Source: Gemmatimonadales bacterium (GTDB lineage Bacteria > Gemmatimonadota > Gemmatimonadetes > Gemmatimonadales > GWC2-71-9). Taken from it: DNA of 64,000 nt. This document shows, one piece after another, positions 60,936 through 64,000 of this stretch. The first letter of the stretch is position 1. Each line of letters opens with the position of its first letter. The position numbers and the translations under genes are program-made. The DNA is taken from positions 6,644-70,643 of the forward strand of contig DASTCF010000195.1 in NCBI GenBank assembly GCA_035711365.1. Direction: 5' to 3'. The notes beneath the pieces are model-generated. The model was not told the origin of the DNA. It ran no database searches and saw only the letters and a program-made list of their open reading frames with translations.

Positions 60936-61616
60936 TCAGTCGGTGGCTTTGGGGAATAGCAGCTTTTCCCACAGGAAGGCGGCGACCAGCGCGCCGAGCA
61001 CGGGCCCGATCCAATAGGCCAGGTGCCCCACCCAGTGCCCCGCCACCAGCGCCGGCCCGAACGCGCGCGCCGGATTCAGCGCCGCCCCGGTGAGCGGCCC
61101 ACCGATCAGGATCCCGATGAACAGCATCAACCCGATGCCGAACCCCGCCACCTTGGGTGCCGCCGCGGAGACGGCGGTGCCCATCACCGCACTCATCAGG
61201 AAGAAGGTGAGAACCGCCTCGATGGCGGTCGCCTGGCCGATCGTGACCGTCGCGGCGATGGATGGTGTGCCGAGGTTCATCACCCGGGTCACGCCGCTGG
61301 GGAGCAGCAGCTTGAGCGCGTACGCGGCGAGGCATGCCCCCGCGAGCTGGGCCAGGACGTAGGCGGCGGCCGTCTTCGCGTCGATGCGCTTCACGGCGAG
61401 CAGTCCCACCGTGACCGCCGGGTTCAGGTGGCCTCCCGAGAGGTTCATCGTGGCGGTGACCCCCAGCGCGAGCGCGATCCCGTGCGCGAGCGCGATCCCG
61501 AGCAGGCCGAAGCCTGCCTTGGGATAGTTGTTGGTCAGGATGGCACCGGCCCCGAAGAAGATCAGGGTAGCCGTGCCGAACGCCTCGGCGATCAGCCGAC
61601 GGGGAAGAGCGGGCAT
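60936..61616 (-). CDS. aqpZ: MIP-family channel (aquaporin Z-like)
   Basis: ORF 60936..61661; probable start ATG 61616. Two NPA boxes (GGHLNPAVT, GAALNPARA). Confidence 0.9.
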   Translation of the reverse strand: MPALPRRLIAEAFGTATLIFFGAGAILTNNYPKAGFGLLGIALAHGIALALGVTATMNLSGGHLNPAVTVGLLAVKRIDAKTAAAYVLAQLAGACLAAYALKLLLPSGVTRVMNLGTPSIAATVTIGQATAIEAVLTFFLMSAVMGTAVSAAAPKVAGFGIGLMLFIGILIGGPLTGAALNPARAFGPALVAGHWVGHLAYWIGPVLGALVAAFLWEKLLFPKATD

Positions 61617-61667
61617 CCAGGTACCTCGGGAATGGAGTGGGACAATGCCGGACGGCGGCAAATTCTA

Positions 61668-62930
61668 CTACTCCCGCCTCCGAAGCACCAGCGCGGCGTT
61701 GATGCCGCCGAACCCGAAGGAGTTGGTCAGGAGGTATTCCGGCGATTCATCGCGGCCTCCTCCGGCCAGATAGTCCAGATCGCAGGCCGGGTCGGGCTGG
61801 TGGAGATTCACCGTGGGGGGCAGCCACGACCGTTCCATGGCGAGTGCGCAGATGGCCACTTCAATGGCTCCGCTCGCTCCGAGTGCGTGGCCATAGTAGC
61901 CCTTCGTCCCGCTGAGTCGCAGGCGATAGGCGTGGTCGCCGAAGACCTGCTTGATGGCGCCGGTCTCCGCCGGGTCGTTGAGCGGCGTCGAGGAGCCGTG
62001 CGCGTTGATGTACCCGATCTCGGCCGGGGCGACGTGCGCCTCCGCGAGTGCCAGATCCATCGCGCGGGCCGCCTGCCGCCCGTCCGGGCGGGGCGCCGTC
62101 ATGTGATATGCGTCGTTGGTGAGGCCGAATCCGCAGATTTCGCCATAGATGCGGGCACCCCGCGCGAGGGCACGGCCCCGCTCCTCGAGGACGAGCACGG
62201 CGGCGCCCTCGCCCATGACGAACCCATCGCGGCCCGCGTCGAACGGCCGGCTGGCCTCCCCCGGCGCATCGTTCCGGGTGGACATGGCGCGGATGATGGC
62301 GAACGCGCCGAAACTCAGCGGGGCGAGGGGCGCTTCCGCTCCGCCCGCCAGCATCACGTCCGCGTCCCCCCGCCGGATCGCGCGGAAACCGTCCCCGATC
62401 GCAATCGTGCCGGAGGCGCAGCTCATCCCGTTGGTCGCGTTGGGGCCGGCCACGCCGAACTCGATGGCGATATTGCAGCTCGAGGCGCCGGCGAACACGG
62501 TCAGGGCCAGCGTTGGGTCCACCGCCCGGATCCCTCCCTCGACGTACCGCGCGTGCTGCCCCTCCGCCTGCGCAACGCCGCCGAGCGCGGTTCCCATCAT
62601 GACGCCGACCCGTTCGCGGTCTTCCCGCGCGAGGTCCAGTTCCGCGTCGGCGAGGCCGAGCCGGGTCGCGGCGATGCTGAACTGCGAGAACCGATCGAGC
62701 CGCCGTACCTTCCGCTCTTCGATGTGATCCGTGGCGTGAAACCCGTCCACTTCCGCGGCGATCCGGGAACGGAAGGGGGATGGATCGAATCGGGTGATGG
62801 TGCGGACCGCGGATTCGCGGCGTCGGAGCCCGGCCCATAGGGGTTCCACGCCGATGCCGATCGGAGTGACCGCGCCAAGGCCGGTAATGACGACCCGCCG
62901 GATCTCACCCACGCTGGTCCTCCAGGGCAC
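61668..62930 (-). CDS. beta-ketoacyl-ACP synthase, KAS II-like
   Basis: 420 aa. RRVVITGLGAVTPIG, active-site Cys in GMSCASG, and His residues in INAHGSSTP and YYGHALGASG. The start may be GTG 62912. Confidence 0.88.
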   Translation of the reverse strand: MPWRTSVGEIRRVVITGLGAVTPIGIGVEPLWAGLRRRESAVRTITRFDPSPFRSRIAAEVDGFHATDHIEERKVRRLDRFSQFSIAATRLGLADAELDLAREDRERVGVMMGTALGGVAQAEGQHARYVEGGIRAVDPTLALTVFAGASSCNIAIEFGVAGPNATNGMSCASGTIAIGDGFRAIRRGDADVMLAGGAEAPLAPLSFGAFAIIRAMSTRNDAPGEASRPFDAGRDGFVMGEGAAVLVLEERGRALARGARIYGEICGFGLTNDAYHMTAPRPDGRQAARAMDLALAEAHVAPAEIGYINAHGSSTPLNDPAETGAIKQVFGDHAYRLRLSGTKGYYGHALGASGAIEVAICALAMERSWLPPTVNLHQPDPACDLDYLAGGGRDESPEYLLTNSFGFGGINAALVLRRRE

Positions 62931-63366
62931 GCGCGATCCCAGCGAGGGTTCGCGAGGCGATGCCGTGGATGAAGACGGGACCGATCACCCAGTCCGCGGC
63001 CGGGCGGCGAATCAGAGGCCACGCGGGTCCGGCCCATTCGTGCACGATGGTCACTTCCGACTCCGCTCCGACTGGGGTGACCTGCCAGACGACGTCCATG
63101 CCGGTGGTGACGCCGCGCACGTGCCGATAGCGAACCTGGCCAAGGCCGGCATCCAGCCACATGTCGGATTCCCACCACACTGGCCACCGCAACGGCCCGA
63201 ACGGGCGCACCGCGGACATCCGCACTCGGCCCCCCCCGTCCCGCCGTTCGATGAAACTCACCGACCGATAGTGCCCGAGCAATGCTGGCCACCGCTCGAC
63301 GTCCGCCGCCGCACGGAAGGCGTGCTCGGCAGGCGCCCGGATCCGTACGCGGTCGACGGTCCGCAT
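62905..63366 (-). CDS. SRPBCC/START-like (polyketide cyclase-dehydrase family) protein
   Basis: 153 aa. N-terminal VRIRAPAEHAFRAAADVERWPALLGHY is typical of the fold. It overlaps the KS gene start. Confidence 0.7.
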   Translation of the reverse strand: MRTVDRVRIRAPAEHAFRAAADVERWPALLGHYRSVSFIERRDGGGRVRMSAVRPFGPLRWPVWWESDMWLDAGLGQVRYRHVRGVTTGMDVVWQVTPVGAESEVTIVHEWAGPAWPLIRRPAADWVIGPVFIHGIASRTLAGIARALEDQRG

Positions 63367-64000
63367 CAGTTGGTCTTCCAGCTTGCAACCAGGCGGAATC
63401 CCGGCCGGCGGCGCACGTCGGCGCTGATACCGGCGCGCGCGAGCAACGTCACGAGCCCGGCCTCGGTGAACCCTCGCCGGACGGACGTTACTCCGTCCGC
63501 AATCGTGAGGGCATCGAATCGGAGCATCCTGGCCCCGACGCGAAACGCGTTCAGCGCGAGGGCGGATCGCCGGAGGTCCGCCACCACGACTCCTCGCCGG
63601 GCAATCTCACTCGCGGCCTGGAACAGGCCCGCAGCCCCCTCGGGGGTGAGGTGATGCGCCACCTGACTGATGAGGACGACGTCGACCCCGCGTCGACGCA
63701 CGGGGAGCCGCGACGCGCAGGCGAGGATGGTCGGGAGCCCGGACTGCCGGGCCAGAGCCGCCGCCACCGGGTGCCGTTCGAGGCCGACGGCCTTGAGTAC
63801 CACTCCCCGGCGCGCCGCCCAGCGAACGACGGCATGCGGGAGGTCGCCCGAGCCGGTTCCGATGTCGAGCAGGCTCACCGTGGCCCCGCGCGGGACGTCC
63901 CCGAGGAGTCGCGCAATTCCCCACGCCGCGGCCGCCTGGCCCCCGAACCAGCGGTTGGCGCGGGTGATGTTGTGGAGCGAAAGGCGAACAGCATCGGGGT
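63366..64000 (-). CDS. class I SAM-dependent methyltransferase, 5' end outside window
   Basis: The frame is open to the right edge (..LHNITRANRWFGGQAAAAWGIARLL..). Motif I is LLDIGTGSGD. Its stop shares one nt with the SRPBCC ATG. Confidence 0.8.
   Translation of the reverse strand, partial: PDAVRLSLHNITRANRWFGGQAAAAWGIARLLGDVPRGATVSLLDIGTGSGDLPHAVVRWAARRGVVLKAVGLERHPVAAALARQSGLPTILACASRLPVRRRGVDVVLISQVAHHLTPEGAAGLFQAASEIARRGVVVADLRRSALALNAFRVGARMLRFDALTIADGVTSVRRGFTEAGLVTLLARAGISADVRRRPGFRLVASWKTN

Noticed and set aside
60536-61093. A 185-aa ORF across the ccmD-aqpZ spacer, and the shared peptide FGSAPTPPSPLPCGGSPSAAPSRP that also appears in the N-terminal extension of ORF 22265..24283.
   Set aside because: The shared peptide is simply the translated repeat unit. 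The ORF runs antisense into aqpZ, has Pro/Arg/Gly-rich composition, and its extension lies upstream of a well-supported ATG (24100).

Overview
This is a very GC-rich bacterial chromosomal segment that is almost entirely coding. I support about 64 CDS, many joined by 1-4 nt start/stop overlaps. I found no rRNA, tRNA, CRISPR array, transposase, integrase, phage gene or recognisable defence gene, so it looks like core genome rather than an accessory island. I could not assign a phylum from sequence alone. The many long antisense ORFs in the track are GC-driven shadow frames. Recognisable content, left to right: a minus-strand run of ppiB, a DUF255 thioredoxin-domain gene, nth, polX and an unknown gene; a hybrid-kinase / partner-switching signalling cluster; peptidases (M28-PDZ, M42, PBP4, M16); a methionine/folate block (metH plus a YitJ-like bifunctional enzyme); envelope and lipid genes (acyl-ACP desaturase, PAP2, patatin, CDP-alcohol phosphatidyltransferase); a TetR/TolC/EmrA/EmrB efflux operon; pruA; DsbA-VKOR; kup; acs; ccmABCD; aqpZ; and a KS/SRPBCC/methyltransferase set running off the right edge. 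Three things deserve a second look. (1) An RsbK/RsbY-like phosphorelay is wired to an RsbW-like kinase and a STAS domain in one uninterrupted frame, and there is no sigma factor anywhere in the window. (2) A ~95-nt repeat family with two subtypes occurs as oppositely oriented pairs at two loci 36 kb apart. (3) Several long, hairpin-dense non-coding gaps remain unexplained: the metH leader, 31742-32099, and 57158-57542. All domain calls come from motif recognition by eye; no database search was run.
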